From: Octopus sinensis
Lineage: Eukaryota
Length of the DNA: 64,000 bases
Direction of reading: 5' to 3'
Assembly (NCBI RefSeq): GCF_006345805.1
Contig: NC_043007.1
Coordinates: 27,094,001-27,158,000, forward strand
Positions 1 through 13,348 of the stretch are shown piece by piece. Both the position numbers and the translations under genes were made by a program. The notes below the pieces were generated by a model. It ran no database searches, was not told where the DNA came from, and saw only the letters and a program-made list of their open reading frames with translations. Each line of letters starts with the position of its first letter. Position 1 is the first letter of the stretch.

Positions 1-140
1 GTCCGGCGTGCTAGCGTTTCTGCCAGCTCGCCGACGGACGAAATGCCGCTAAGCATTTAATCCGGCATGCTTTCGATTCTTATTTTTAGTCTAGGCACAA
101 GGCGCGAAATTTTCGGGGAGGGGCCCAGTCGATTAGATTC
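1..140 (-). mobile_element. SINE family A fragments (rearranged)
   Basis: Reverse complement of the family A head (ttctgccagctcgccg) and of its tail (aggcacaaggcgcgaaattt...cagtcgattagat). Confidence 0.7.
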
Positions 141-519
141 GTCGAATTTAAGGCACATGAAACAGATGTAACCAACTTTTTATCATCCTCGCCTCTCTGT
201 CTTCATCTTACTTCCTCTCTCTCTTTCTATCTATCACTTTCTTTCTCTCATTCTATCTGTGTGTCTGTATGTCACTCCCGCCCCCAATGTATTATTCTTC
301 ACTTTATTTTATATGTGTTTCAGCCAGTGGGAGTGCAACCATATTAGGACACCGACAATTTCGATTTAGTAGAACAACTCGACCCGAGGACTCATTTTCA
401 ATTTTTTAAAGCTTGTTTTCCTTTTTTATCGTTCTCTTTTGCCGATCCGCTAATTTACAGAGACGTAAAAATATCAGCATAGATTTTCAAGCAGTTGTGT
501 CAGACAAAACAAAGACACA

Positions 520-1012
520 AAGACACACACACATACAGACATACACGCGCACACACACAAACATACATACATACATACATACACACACACACAAACATAC
601 ATACATACATACATACATACATACATACATACACACATACATACACACATACATACATAATACATTCATACATAGACACATACATACACACATACATACA
701 TACATACATACATACATACATGCACACACATGCATACATACACACACATGCACATACATACACACATACATACATACACACATACATACATACACACATG
801 CATACATACACACATACATACATACATAAATACATACATGCACACACATGCATACATACACACACATACATACACACATACACACATAGATACATACATA
901 ATTGCACACACACATACACACATACACACATACATACACACATACATGCACACATACATACATACTCATACATATATGCGCACACACACATGCACACACA
1001 TACATACTCACA
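520..1012. repeat. (CATA)n/(CA)n compound microsatellite
   Basis: Direct reading; source of the HTYI/MYVC pseudo-ORFs. Confidence 0.95.
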
Positions 1013-1286
1013 TAAACAAAAACAGTTGTAGAAATATTAATAGTTGCTGCCGTTGTAGAAAAAGTAGTATTCGTAGTAATAGTAGAAGTAGTAGTAGCAG
1101 CAGCAGTGGCAGCAGCAGTGGCATTCGAAATAGTTGCATCTATTGTTGATTGTATTAGTACAATTGTAGATTCGCGAAGGTGATAGCAATAATACTTTGT
1201 ACTGTAGACACAAGGTATAAAATTGGTTGAGGTGGTGGCGGTCGTGGTGGGGTTGTCGATACCCTCGACACTAGTGTTCACCTAAT

Positions 1287-1405
1287 ACTTATTTTATCGA
1301 TCTCGAAGTGCGTTGCGCAAAGTCGAACTTTGCGGAATTTGAACTCAGAACGTAAAGACAAGGCATGTTGTTCGACGCGCTAACGCTTCTGCCACCTCAC
1401 CGCCA
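1287..1405 (-). mobile_element. SINE family A, truncated and diverged
   Basis: aaagtcgaactttgcggaatttgaactcagaacgtaaagac...ttctgccacctcaccgcc is the reverse complement of the family A 5' half. Confidence 0.75.
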
Positions 1406-1430
1406 TAGTAAAATTAGTATCTAGGTTAGT

Positions 1431-1829
1431 AAGGCGGCGAGCTGCCAGAAACGTTAGCACGCCGGACGAAATGCGTAGCCGTATTTTGGCTGCCGTTACG
1501 TTCTGAGTTCAAATTCCCCTGAGGTCGACTTTGCCTTTCATCCTTTTGGGGTCGATTAATTAAGTACCAGTTACGCACTGGGGTCGATATAATCGACTTA
1601 ATCCGTTTGTCTGTCCTTGTTTGTCCCCTCTATGTTTAGCCCCTTGTGGGTAGTAAACAAATACGTATTTCGTCTGTCTACGTTCTGAGGTCAAATTCCG
1701 TCGAACGAGGTCGATTTGCCTTTTATCCTTTCGGGGTCAATAAATTTAGTACCAGTTGCGTACTGAGGTCGATCTAATCGACTGGCCGCCTCGCCCCAAA
1801 ATTTCGGGCCTTGTGCATAGAGTAAAAAA
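1431..1829 (+). mobile_element. tRNA-headed SINE family A with internal tandem unit
   Basis: Head AAGGCGGCGAGCTG(G/C)CAGAA with A-box-like and B-box (GAGTTCAAATTCC) motifs. Central GGTCGACTTTGCCTTTCATCCTTT.GGGGTCGATAAATTAAGTACCAG resembles, from memory, the Deu/Nin SINE domain. About 18 copies in the window. Confidence 0.85.
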
Positions 1830-1847
1830 TCAATACTGAGCCAATGA

Positions 1848-1881
<34 letters not shown>

Positions 1882-2655
1882 ATACTTGTAGTAGTAGTAG
1901 TATTAGTAGTAGTAGCAGCAGTAGTAGTGGTGGTGGTGGGATCTGTGAGAATATGCGATTGATCACAGCCAGCGGTTCCCTTTTCGTAATGGAGGACTAC
2001 ATTTTATTATCCCTTTTATATTTATCGATGAATGCTTTGAGATTTTTACGCTTCGTTAACGGTAGATAATGTACCACCGCCGCCGCCGCCGCTGACGCAG
2101 CCATCACCGCTACCGACACCAATAACAATAGAAACAATATCAAAATAAGTTTAAATAATTCTGTATATTAGCAACAATAAAGTCAAGAATAATAGATGTT
2201 TCTCATTTCGGCACGGAGCCAAAAAATTTGAGGGGGGGGTGCATTACTTGATTGAATGTGTCCAGTATTTCACAGGTATTTAATTTTAACGAATCTGGAG
2301 GGTGAAATTGCGAATGAGACGTCGGCGGGATTTGAAAGTACTGTTACCGTCGTCCTAACGATTCTGCACAACAACCACAACAACAAATACAGTAACAGCC
2401 ACTGCAGCAGCAGCAGCATCAACGACAAGAGTAACGGTAACAACAACAGCAACGATGGAGGGGCAATGAATTTAGGTAATTAATTTGAGGCACCAAAAAT
2501 TAATGCGGTATTATCCGTGCAACTTCATAATAAGGAGAATAAAATCAAAATAAGTAACAGGATATCCAGAGGTCATGCAGTACGACCGTTTCAAGCGGCT
2601 CCATTTAATTAAACAATGCAATCATTGCATCAATTTGAAATGCAGGGCTACATGA

Positions 2656-2656
<1 letters not shown>

Positions 2657-2719
<63 letters not shown>

Positions 2720-2747
2720 CATTTGTCTATCTATCTATCTATCTATA
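2657..2747. repeat. (TATC)n microsatellite
   Basis: Direct reading; similar tracts at 3753-3920, 6645-6755 and 20600-20770. Confidence 0.95.
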
Positions 2748-2929
2748 TAAGTTGTCGTTATAGAACTCAGAGTTTTAAATGCCTCAATTAAGAGCTACGA
2801 CGCATTGGCTATTACTGGCATTTGAAACTCTGAGTACTATACCGAAAACTTACTGACTGTCGTAAACTATACATATATAAGTAATTCTGTATTTACCTAA
2901 TATCGAGGTCTCATTCTTTTGTCACTTTT

Positions 2930-2971
<42 letters not shown>

Positions 2972-3010
2972 ATATGTATGTATGTATGTATATGTATGTA
3001 TGTATGTATG

Positions 3011-3044
<34 letters not shown>

Positions 3045-3752
3045 TGTATGTATGTATATATATACAACATAGAAACAAGGGCAATATAAATATATTTAGA
3101 TATATCTGGGGTACTTATGTGTACACATGACTTTTGCTTCGGCTTTTTTTTTCATGGACGCATGTAGGTATTTCATTTATTTCTATTCGTATTTTCTACT
3201 GACGAGGAAAAAAATCTATTATGAGATTAATTCCAAAATTGATTCAATATAGAAATAACGAACTTTAATAAAAATTCTGTTGCGTAGCTTTCCTGGATTT
3301 CAGCACAGCGTATTTCTGTAGTGGGTATATAATAATATGTGGAAATTGACGATTTAAAAGTCTGTTATCAGCATATTGCCATAGAAATAATTTACGTTTT
3401 CCCTTGTTTATAAGTTGTTTATAATTTTAGCCTTTAAAGGTATTTTAATATGCTGCCAATTTTTTGATGAATTTTTTTTCTGTAAAAAACTTCATCCTAT
3501 ATTAGTAGTATATATATATATATATATATATGGGGAGAGTATTATGTTTCAGGATGGTAGAGAACAGATCTCATCAAATAGAGACCACATGCAGCGTAGT
3601 GTTTTCACATTTACAATTAAGAGAATTTAATGCCGCGGGACAAACCTTTGAACTGTTCCAGTGATAGCAACTATCATTGAAACAATAAACATTACAATGG
3701 AGAATATTTACAAGGTCGAAGACGACACAACGAAGACAGCAACATTCAAGAA

Positions 3753-3814
<62 letters not shown>

Positions 3815-3829
3815 ATCTATCTATCTATC

Positions 3830-3885
<56 letters not shown>

Positions 3886-4407
3886 AATCTATCTATCTAT
3901 CTATCTATCTATGTATCTATCTTTTTGTCTCTTTGTCCATTCACACACGTGGTCACACAGACAGGTATTCACAAGTTGTCTATATAGGAATTGTAAATTT
4001 CTATAACATTAGATCTGTGTATGTATGATAAAATTAATCTTAGAAAAAGATAAGGGAAAGATTTATTTATAACGTTTTAAGATTTATTCATGAGATTTCT
4101 AATTTTCAAAATGTCCACTTCCATTATTTATACACACTCTGATGGATATTTTCATATTTCAGAAAGACATTTTGTTCTGGTTATTAGTTAAACCATGAAC
4201 CACATTAGTTAACCGAGTCTGCAAACCATCATTTAAATGATTACTTGATTGCGCATTTGTCTTAACAGGTCCCTAAAAAATAAATTTGAAGTGAGTATCT
4301 AATTATAAAAGCATAACAAATACTTATTATAAATGTGTCTGAACGACCCCGATAAAATATATGCAAAACATTTGTAAATTGCATTTACGAAATAATTATG
4401 AAATTTT

Positions 4408-4512
4408 AGGCGTAGCTGTGTGGTAAGAAGCTTGCTTCACAACCACATGGCTCCGAGTTCAGTCCCACTGCGTGACACCTCGGAACCTTGTGAGTGGATT
4501 TGGTAGACGTCG
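4408..4512 (+). mobile_element. SINE family B, internally deleted
   Basis: ggcgtagctgtgtggtaagaagcttgcttcacaaccacatggctccgagttcagtcccactgcg tRNA-like head joined to ccttgtgagtggatttggtagacg. Confidence 0.8.
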
Positions 4513-4692
4513 TATTTATCCACATAGTGGTCAACTCTCTAATAATTTATGTATATATATATATATATATATATTCAGCAAAAACAATTAAGATTCAAGT
4601 GAATTCTAATGAATTCAAATGAATATGGTACTTAACTTAGATGCACCAGAATTCTTTATGGTATTAACCATAAAATAATGTGGGGTGATTAT

Positions 4693-5157
4693 AACCAAGA
4701 AAAAAGCAACAAGAATGGATTAGTGGTTTAGTACAATTGTTTCATATTAAGAGCAATTTTATTTGAAGCTGCAAATATTGCAGCAAATACAAATGTCCAG
4801 TATTCATCAGCTAAATCACATATATGTTTTCCAGACATCCTAGAGGGTTTTATTATCCTTATGAAGTATTAGGAGTGAGTTCTATGAAATTTACAGTCAA
4901 ATTATAAGCAGACTTAAAATGCTTTCTAATGATGCAGTTTTATAAAAAAATTTTTAAAAGATTAACTTCCCAGAGAAGGTGAATCCATCCATAAAAATGT
5001 AGGTATAATTTCCGGAGACATGAGGAAAGCTGCTGGTCACACGCCGGTTCATTTCACAATTTGTATTTGCTGCAATATTTGCAGCTTCAAATAAAATTGC
5101 TCTTAGTATGAAACAATTGTACTAAACCGCTAATCCATTCTTGTTGCTTTTTTCTTG

Positions 5158-5160
<3 letters not shown>
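4693..5160. mobile_element. MITE/foldback element with 102-bp terminal inverted repeats
   Basis: 4693-4794 and 5059-5160 are reverse complements with 2 mismatches; both ends abut TA-rich sequence. Confidence 0.75.
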
Positions 5161-5203
<43 letters not shown>

Positions 5204-6046
5204 CACAGCTCATAAGCTGAAACTAGAATCAATCAATCAATCAATCAATCATATATATATATTTATATATATATATATGTTCCACTCGCAAGCCCTTGGT
5301 CGGTCCGAACCTTATAGTCGAAACACTTGCCGAAGGTGTCACCCGGTGGGATTGAACCCAGAAGCAAACCTGCCACCATACAACCACAACTAAGCCTAAG
5401 GAATGATCGATTGCTCAAAACTGCATTAAACGCGTTTCAACATCGTGATTATTTATTACCAACATAGTTTCGGTGCACGAAATTCATTCCTAAACAAGCC
5501 ATTGATCAAATGGGGGCTTTAGTGTGGGACTATTTACCCGAGGTACCACTCCGTAGACTGAAGCTGAAACCGCGTGGTTGCAAAGCGAACTGCTTAAACA
5601 CTCGGCCATACCTTAGCCTAGTTGTCTATTTAATTTAGGTTAGATCCACCCGTCAACACGACCTGCAAGCACACACTTGTTGGTGGATAACAAAACATAA
5701 CCATTGGAAATCTTTACTGCTTATAATTTTGTTTCAACCGCCTCCACCCGTTTCCGATAACAAATGTTAGGTGTTCGATTTCTCACACTTTATCTTCTCA
5801 ATCAGACACCCATAACTTAATTCAAAATAACGAAGCTACAACCTGGCAAATTAACAATTTCACAAACCAGCATTGTTCTATTCAACGCACGCCAACACAC
5901 CCAACACACCCATATTTTTGCACAACTAAACGCGCAAAGCTTTACATTGCTATACGATCAAACATCTCCTTATTAACGCGACGGTACCGCTAAACAATCA
6001 CACAAAGAAGTAATCATCCAGACAACTGCTCACTGAACAAAACATG

Positions 6047-6080
<34 letters not shown>

Positions 6081-6600
6081 GAATCACACAAGCAGAGATA
6101 CACGCAACCAAATGCTCAAACAAACAACCAGACTCCCACACATTCACACAAACACACTGCCAAACAACGGCGCAAATTCGAAAACGCTAACAACTGCACG
6201 TCCTAAAAATTACACACCCACAGAGACCATCAGTTCTAAATAAGATTCACATCAGGCAGACAGACACAGGCACACACGCACAACTACAGTCGGAGATCTA
6301 AAAAACGATTACAATAATCCGCCAAACGAATAAATAATCATCCACTACTATACGTACATAAGTTTATGCATTTACAAACATTATATATATGTTTACACAC
6401 ACACACACATGCATATATGTATGTGTATATATTTATGTATGGCAATCTCTGTCGGTCTGTCGGCTGCCTGTCTCTCTATATGTAAATATGTAATTACATA
6501 AATACACATAAGCATGCCTATATGTATACAAACACACGCACACACACACACATACACACACACGTACGTATATATGCATGCATATATTTATATTTATATC

Positions 6601-6632
<32 letters not shown>

Positions 6633-6672
6633 TGTATGTATGTATGTATCTATCTATCTATCTATCGATCTG

Positions 6673-6755
<83 letters not shown>

Positions 6756-6829
6756 GTCTGTCTGTTTGTCTGTCTGTCTATCTGTCTATCTATTGCACCT
6801 GAGCACTGTATATAACAATTTCCTTCATT

Positions 6830-6861
<32 letters not shown>

Positions 6862-7223
6862 CGTAAGGTCAAAGTTTCTAAGCTTTAAATATTCGTACAA
6901 TTCACTGACACACACACAGCACACGCGTACACTCTCGCACACGTTCACACACACACACCCGTGAACGAGTGTGTGTACATCAACACAACAGACTTTCAAA
7001 TATTCCTCTGTAGATTGAAAAAAGAAAATTTAAACAGCTTTGACCAAAGCGGAGTGCCGCAAGTAGCAATTCTGTTTGTATAGTCATGAGATTTGCTAGT
7101 TACTAGTTACAAGGAACTGGAGCTATCAATTTGCATATTACAAGTGATTAAGTTTTTACTCAATAGCAGAGGTTTGTCGACGTGGATCTCAGTCGGCGCG
7201 GAATCGAGGTATGATGTGTTACG

Positions 7224-7757
7224 CCGGTTACGACGACAAGGGTTCCCGGTTGATCCGATCAACGGAACAGCTTGCTCGTAAAATTAACGTGCAAGTGGCT
7301 GAGCACTCCCCAGACACGTGTACCCTTAACCCTATAGCATTCAGATTACTCCGTCAAATGTAAAGCTTGTTTAATCACATTGTTTTAAATTAATTGTACA
7401 GCATCTTGTAACTCTGAGATTTTGATGATGGCCCTGTTTATTTTTAGAATGACTTTGTAGGGTAGGTGTGAGAGGTCAGAGCTGGCTGGTTTGAACATAT
7501 AGCAGGAAGACAATTTTGGCCTGGTATGGCCGGTTTAAACACTAAAGGGTTAACGTAGTTCTGAGGGAGATTCAGCGTGACATAGGGTGTGACACGGCTG
7601 GCCCTTTGAAATACAGGTACAAACTCATTTTTGCCAGCTGAGTGGAGGGGAGCAACGTTAAATAAAGTATCTTGCTCAAGTACACAACACGTCGCCGGGA
7701 ACTGAACTCACGACCTTACAATCGTGAGTCGAATGCCCTAACCACTAAGCCACTTCC
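7224..7757 (-). mobile_element. SINE family C (tRNA head at 7690-7757), interrupted by a MITE
   Basis: Minus-strand head GTGGCTTAGTGGTTAGGGCATTCGACTCACGATTGTAAGGTCGTGAGTTCAGTTCCC; tail colinear with 60053-60240. Confidence 0.85.
7330..7549. mobile_element. piggyBac-type MITE (220 bp) with TTAA target-site duplication
   Basis: TTAA at 7326-7329 and 7550-7553; ends CCCTATAGCATT / AACACTAAAGGG; uninterrupted site acccTTAAcgtag in the SINE copy at 60161-60173. Confidence 0.9.
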
Positions 7758-8084
7758 TCACATGATGTGTTATATGTAAATGTACGAAGTGGACAAACAA
7801 ACATGGCGAAAGTACCTCTTTCTCTGTAGAGTGAAAAAAAAATGGCGCAGGTCTGTATTTGTGTATGTGTGAACAGGTGTATCTTGGAATATACCTTTTA
7901 ACTGTATTCATAATCAAATAGACGATTCACGACTGTTTTAAAACTATTTGACTTCTGACATTTTATATTATTTGATGGGTCATTGTATAATTGGCCGAGA
8001 GGAAACATATTCGTTTAGCGTTCAATTCTGTGTCTACTTACAAGTCAAACGTCCTTTATTTTATTTACATTTTTCAGTCGATTT

Positions 8085-8510
8085 TTCTATCTGTCTGTCT
8101 CTTTCTCTCTCTATTAGTCTCTCTCTATCTCTCTGTCTGTCTGTCTGTCTGTCTAGACCCTCTCTCTTTGTCTCTCTATTTCTCTGTCTGTCTGCCTCTC
8201 TCTCTCTCTTAGTCACTCTCTATTTCTCTGTTTGCTTGTCTGTCTGTCTGCCCCTCACTCTCTCTCTCTTAGTATATCTTTACTTCTCTGTCTGTCTGTC
8301 CCTCTCTCTTTCTCTCTTAGTCTTTCTCTATTTCTCTATCTGTTTGTCTGTCTCTCTCTCTGCCTCTCTCTCTCTCTTTCTCTCCCTCTTAGTCTCTCTA
8401 TCTCTCTGTCTGTCTGCCTCTCTCTCTAATTAGTCTTTCTCTATTTCTCTGTCTATCTGTCTCTCTCACTTACTCTATCTCCCACTCACTTTCTCTCTCT
8501 ATCTCTGCCT
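8085..8510. repeat. (CT)n/(TCTG)n compound repeat with recurring ttagtctctcta unit
   Basis: Direct reading; continues as a pyrimidine-rich low-complexity tract to about 9000. Confidence 0.85.
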
Positions 8511-9319
8511 TTATTCTTACGGATTTTTATAATTTCTTTTCTTCTTGTATTTCCTTCAATATTTCTTTCCCTGTTTTCCCTTTCCTTTGTAACACACCTT
8601 TATTTTCCCTTCAATTCTACGGTTTTCTTTCTATCACTACAGCATTGATTTTCGGTTTTTCCATTCTTCTTCTCTTCTCTCTCCATTTCTTCCTCACAGC
8701 CATTTCCGTTTGTTGCTTTTCTTTACTTTACAAAACCCCTTCTCTCTTTCTCCATTCTTTTCTCCCTTCCTTCATTTTCTTCCCCCACCCATTAAAACTC
8801 ATTTTATCTTCTCTCTTTCCCTTAATTTTTTCCTCCATTTTTCTTCCTTATTTTCTACTTTCCTACGTTCTTCCATCATGTTTCTCTCACCTTCTATATT
8901 TTCTATATTCCCATATTTATATCTATATGACACACCACCAATTTTTTGTCTCGTCAAACGATCTCTTCTCAGCTATTTTATTTTTGTTAATTTTCTCAAT
9001 TTATTTCATTTCGTTCTCTTTTATTTTAAATGTCACCTTTTATATCCAATGTCCCTTTTCATCATTTTGATTGATAAACTATCAATGTGCCACAAAACCG
9101 CTTATCATTCCCCATTGTTTTCTCCATGTCTTTCGATTCCATTCCAATGTCTTATCTCTATGAGATATATTTTAAATCCTTTAATCAAACGGTTTATCGT
9201 TTCTGCTTCCTTTTTTCAAGCTCTATCTCGCTTTTCTGCTGGAATTACTTGCAAGGGAACAACAAAAACTGTCGCACACAAATCGCATTCACCATGGTTG
9301 ATATTACTGTGGCTAACTA

Positions 9320-9400
9320 CTGGGTTGTCCGGAAAGTTCGTGCCGATTTTTAAAGGAAAGATAAAAGTCAGAGACAAGGTTTTAAATTGATTCAATGTGT
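9320..9400 (+). mobile_element. Isolated mariner terminal fragment
   Basis: TA followed by CTGGGTTGTCCGGAAAGTTCG, which matches the TIR at 24765-24785 on the minus strand. Confidence 0.6.
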
Positions 9401-9573
9401 TTGTGGGATTTAACATGTGCTTCCGAAGGGTCGGGCCCCCAGAAAGTCGCAGGAGTCCTTATTTACGGATGAGTAGCTTGGAACATCATGAAATGGAATA
9501 TTTTCTCAAGGACTACGCGAACTGCCCGATCTGGAAATCGAAATATTATGATCTTCTATATAATCCTTTCTGC

Positions 9574-9778
9574 TATAGGCACAAGGCCCGAAATTTGTGG
9601 AGAGGTGTAAGTCGATTACATCGACCCCAGTGCGTAACAAGTACCTATTTTACCGACCTCGAAAGGATGAAATGCAAAGTCGACCCTGGCAAAATTTGTA
9701 CCCAGAACGGAACGACGAGCGAAATACTGCTAAGCATTTCGTCCAGCGTGCTAATTGTTCTCCCAGTTCACCGCCTTG
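9574..9778 (-). mobile_element. SINE family A
   Basis: Full-length reverse complement of family A (monomer, tail type 2). Confidence 0.8.
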
Positions 9779-9949
9779 TGATCTTCTGTATAATATAAAA
9801 GCTGTACATATTGAGGAGTTGGGCGATGTTTCTAGACGTATGTTTAATTTTTTCTGCTGTAGCAGGTCTATGAGTTAACTGTTTACTGTAATTTGCTTTT
9901 GCAATGGTCGTGGAAGGACAAGCTTAAGAAAATACTGTTTGTCACTTTC

Positions 9950-10340
9950 TTAGCTGTAGCTAATTGTCAGAAGTGATGAGCTTGGCAGAAGAATCAACTA
10001 GAGAGGTAACCGAAGGCATCACAGATTCCACGGTAGGAGCAAAGTCTTACGTACGATGCGATTGGTGGTGCGGTAGAGAATGCATTTGGACGTGAGAAAG
10101 AGATTATCTGTGTTAGAAGGTCACAAATGGGCATTATGAATTTTTGTAGAGAGTTAAAGATGAAAAAGGGTTCTGCTCCTGCGGTAATACCACCACTAGG
10201 GGCGGAAGGGAAGAGCCAAGAGGAGTAGCAGTTATCGTAGACATAAAGGACGGGGAATTGAAATAGGGAAGACTTCATGTGTATGTTAACGGTATCGGAT
10301 GTGCGTTGTTCAAACGGTTGATGGACCGTGGAGGAAATTG
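9950..10340 (-). pseudogene. Degenerate non-LTR retrotransposon APE endonuclease fragment (CR1/L2-like)
   Basis: Minus frame reads FHRSP...YSSWL...LLTQIISF and then, frameshifted, KLITSDN. Spacing recalls YRSP / GDFNxHHxxWL / LTQIVxFPTR / LGxSDH, but the catalytic motifs are eroded. Confidence 0.4.
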
Positions 10341-10544
10341 GAGAGCGGTGAAAGCTTCATATAAATTTAAAGGTATGTTGAAGGGACATTTTAAGTTCCA
10401 TTAATCAGGAGATATTGCTACAGTTATGCAGGTGAGATCAACGATTAAGGGGAAGCGTATAGACTACATATGTTGAGACAGCAACATTTTATTTGACGTA
10501 TATAAAATGTCAGATCGGCAGCAGTCAGGGACTATATATGGGGG

Positions 10545-10882
10545 AGACCCCCTTGGGTCATGAATGACCATGGGATTGCACCTAGAAAGTTACCCATCCA
10601 ATGTACAAATCCGGGCAAGGTTGTTTATTGAAGACCAGCAGTCGCCCATGCATACAAGCCTCCCCTCTCCACACCACTGATGTTATCCAAGGGAAAGGCT
10701 AAGGGGCCGATACAGCTTGGCACCAGTGACGTCGCAACTCATATCTACAGCTGAGTGAACTGGAGCAACGTGAAATGAAGTGTCTTGCTCAAGAGCACAA
10801 CACGCAGCCCGGTCCAGGAATCGGACTCACAACCTCACGATCGTAAGCTCGATGCTCTAACCACTGAGCCATGCGCCTTCAC
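10545..10882 (-). mobile_element. SINE family C/D head with an alternative tail
   Basis: Minus-strand head GAAGGCGCATGGCTCAGTGGTTAGAGCATCGAGCTTACGATCGTGAGG, then GTTGTGCTCTTGAGCAAGACAC as in the 7.7 kb copy, then a different tail ending ...GGTCATTCATGACCC. Confidence 0.8.
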
Positions 10883-11409
10883 TGATGGGTGGGGGCTATA
10901 TATAAGGTATGAATAATTTGTATCTGGGACAAACACAGTGTGTTTTCTTTGTGTGTTTGTAAGATGTGACGCATGGGCCTCTGAATGTACTGAAAGCATT
11001 AACGCAAGTGTGAGGAACAATAACACCGACAGACAATTCAATCAACATATCTATTGATAGTTGGAAAATTACAGTGTTACTGTTTACGACACAATGAGTG
11101 ACTAGTTTCATTTTTCTTTAATGTAAGTATTAACAGATATTTTCAATTCCCACAAGCATCTCATTAACTTCAGCAAATAATTCTTCACCCGTTTAGCACT
11201 ACGGAGACAGGATAATTCTGGTAATGTCCGAAAGAGCAAGTTGTCACATAATTCTTTTCAAACAGAAAAATAAAATATAAAAAAAAAAAAATGAATTAAC
11301 CCTCAATAACACGAACAAATATTCGTATGAAACAACACAGAACTTTGCGCGCATGTGAACTCGAGTTTACCTCTCTGGTGACAAAGCCAACAGAAGAATA
11401 CTTACAGTA

Positions 11410-11545
11410 GTGGTACACACACACTCACACACATAGACACACACGCACACACACACACGCAACCCACACACAGACACGCACACACACACACACACGCACA
11501 CACACATATGTTTGGATGTATTATATATATATTGTATATATGTAC

Positions 11546-11623
<78 letters not shown>

Positions 11624-11657
11624 GTATGTATGCATGTATGTATGTATGTATGTATGT
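11410..11657. repeat. (CA)n-(TA)n-(TATG)n microsatellite
   Basis: Direct reading. Confidence 0.95.
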
Positions 11658-11967
11658 AAAGAAGGCTTGAAAATGCAATTTTAAAAGGTGTTTATTCATT
11701 TGACCGGTTTCACTTTTTTACAAAAACATTGTCGAAAGTAAAATGTAAAACCTTTGTGAAACCTTTGTTGTGTTAAGTATTGGTTGTCACAAAATATTAC
11801 AATACATATATATATTCTTTGCTAATAATAAGAATAATGTTAAAACAGTTTACAAGGAAAATAAAAAGTTCATTGAAAATATTAGGATTTCATTAAAAAT
11901 CATGTTTATTTAGATGTAACTGTATATATACACAGAAGATTATAGGTTCAATATATATATATATATA

Positions 11968-12009
<42 letters not shown>

Positions 12010-12757
12010 CATGTGTGTGTGTGTGTGTGTGTGTGTATGCATATAAGTATTATTAAATACATATAATAATGTGTATGTTTTGAGTATTTTCCGGAAGTTG
12101 CAATGGCGTAACAGGGCGCATAAACTCTCATATGTCGCCTGCGTAGAATCCTTTAGTTTCTTACCACACAGCCACTAGGCCTTGCTGCCAAATAATTACA
12201 TAGACGCATATACACAAATGTCATCTCTTATATGAAGCCTTTTTCATATTCGTCATTAGTACTTCGTGTTTTGCATTCTTAAAATATATAAAAATGCAAG
12301 GGGTCGCAGGAGGAATTAGAAAACTAACGTGATCATTCAAATACAAGATCATTCCTATAATATATATTACTAGGCAACCAGTGGCACGACAAAACAACTG
12401 GTAGCATAAATATATTCAGAATACAAAGCGTCATGTTCATAAACGGACAAACGAATTATCGACGCCATTGTCCGCAAATTAAAGACAAGACTAATAACGA
12501 AATATGAACAAAGCTTCGGTAAGATTGATAAAATGCGAAGATAGTTTTGCCTTGTATATACTGTACCATCACAGAAAGATAAGTTAGATAAGTTATATTC
12601 CGGAATGGTTATATTGCCAGTTTAGCCAATAAAAACACACGCACTATATATTTGGTGTTATTTTGCTTCAGTGTTATTTATTTTTACATTAATCTTAATT
12701 AGTTAAGTTGTTCCCTATATATATGTATATATATAATATTATATATATATAATATAT

Positions 12758-12815
<58 letters not shown>

Positions 12816-12841
12816 TATATATATAATATATAATATATAAA

Positions 12842-13257
12842 TGGGATAAATGAATTATCTTGTTACGGATTATTCAAAATTTAACCGATACCTGTGTGGC
12901 AAAAATCACACCAGAAAAGACACGGTTGAGGTTACGACCATGGGGTTTTCGCCCCCGTGCTTTAGCGCGGATAATTGAAGTTTTATATATTAGTGAAGGG
13001 AAGAAATGAAGCCGAACGAAGATTCTACAAATTCCTTTTTATTATTTTCTACACACGTTTCAAAGGCTGCAAATTCTCAAATTCAGATTGAATAAGGAGA
13101 CCATTAAATCCTGGATTTTTCCTGAAGAGAAGCTGCAGAATGTTCCTTATTCAATCCGAATTTGGGATTTGCAGCCTTTGAAACATGTGTAGAAAATAAT
13201 AAAAGGAATTTTGTAGAATCTTCGTTCGGCTCCATTTCTTCCCTTCACTAATATATA
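12842..13257. mobile_element. Penelope-like terminal-repeat foldback insertion in (TA)n
   Basis: Arms 12984-13098 and 13144-13257 are inverted copies; 12842-12985 is homologous to 35318-35460 on the opposite strand; contains a hammerhead motif. Confidence 0.65.
13117..13196 (+). ncRNA. Type I hammerhead ribozyme candidate with intact core (HH-A)
   Basis: Stem I TTTTC(13117-21)/GAAAA(13192-96); CTGAAGA 13122-28; 11-bp stem II 13129-39/13168-79 with one bulge; GAAA 13180-83; self-complementary stem III ACATGTGT; GTA triplet, cleavage predicted after 13191. Confidence 0.65.
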
Positions 13258-13312
13258 GTATATATATATATATAGTATATATATATATATATATATATAT
13301 AGTATATATATA

Positions 13313-13348
<36 letters not shown>

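Noticed and set aside
1850-1940. (ACT)n followed by (AGT)n foldback, and (ATT)n/(AAT)n inverted tracts at 41.5-42.3 kb
   Set aside because: Expected in such a microsatellite-dense region; no evidence of function
12420-12518. Candidate 99-bp exon (ttcag|...|gtaaga)
   Set aside because: Stops in all three frames and no polypyrimidine tract
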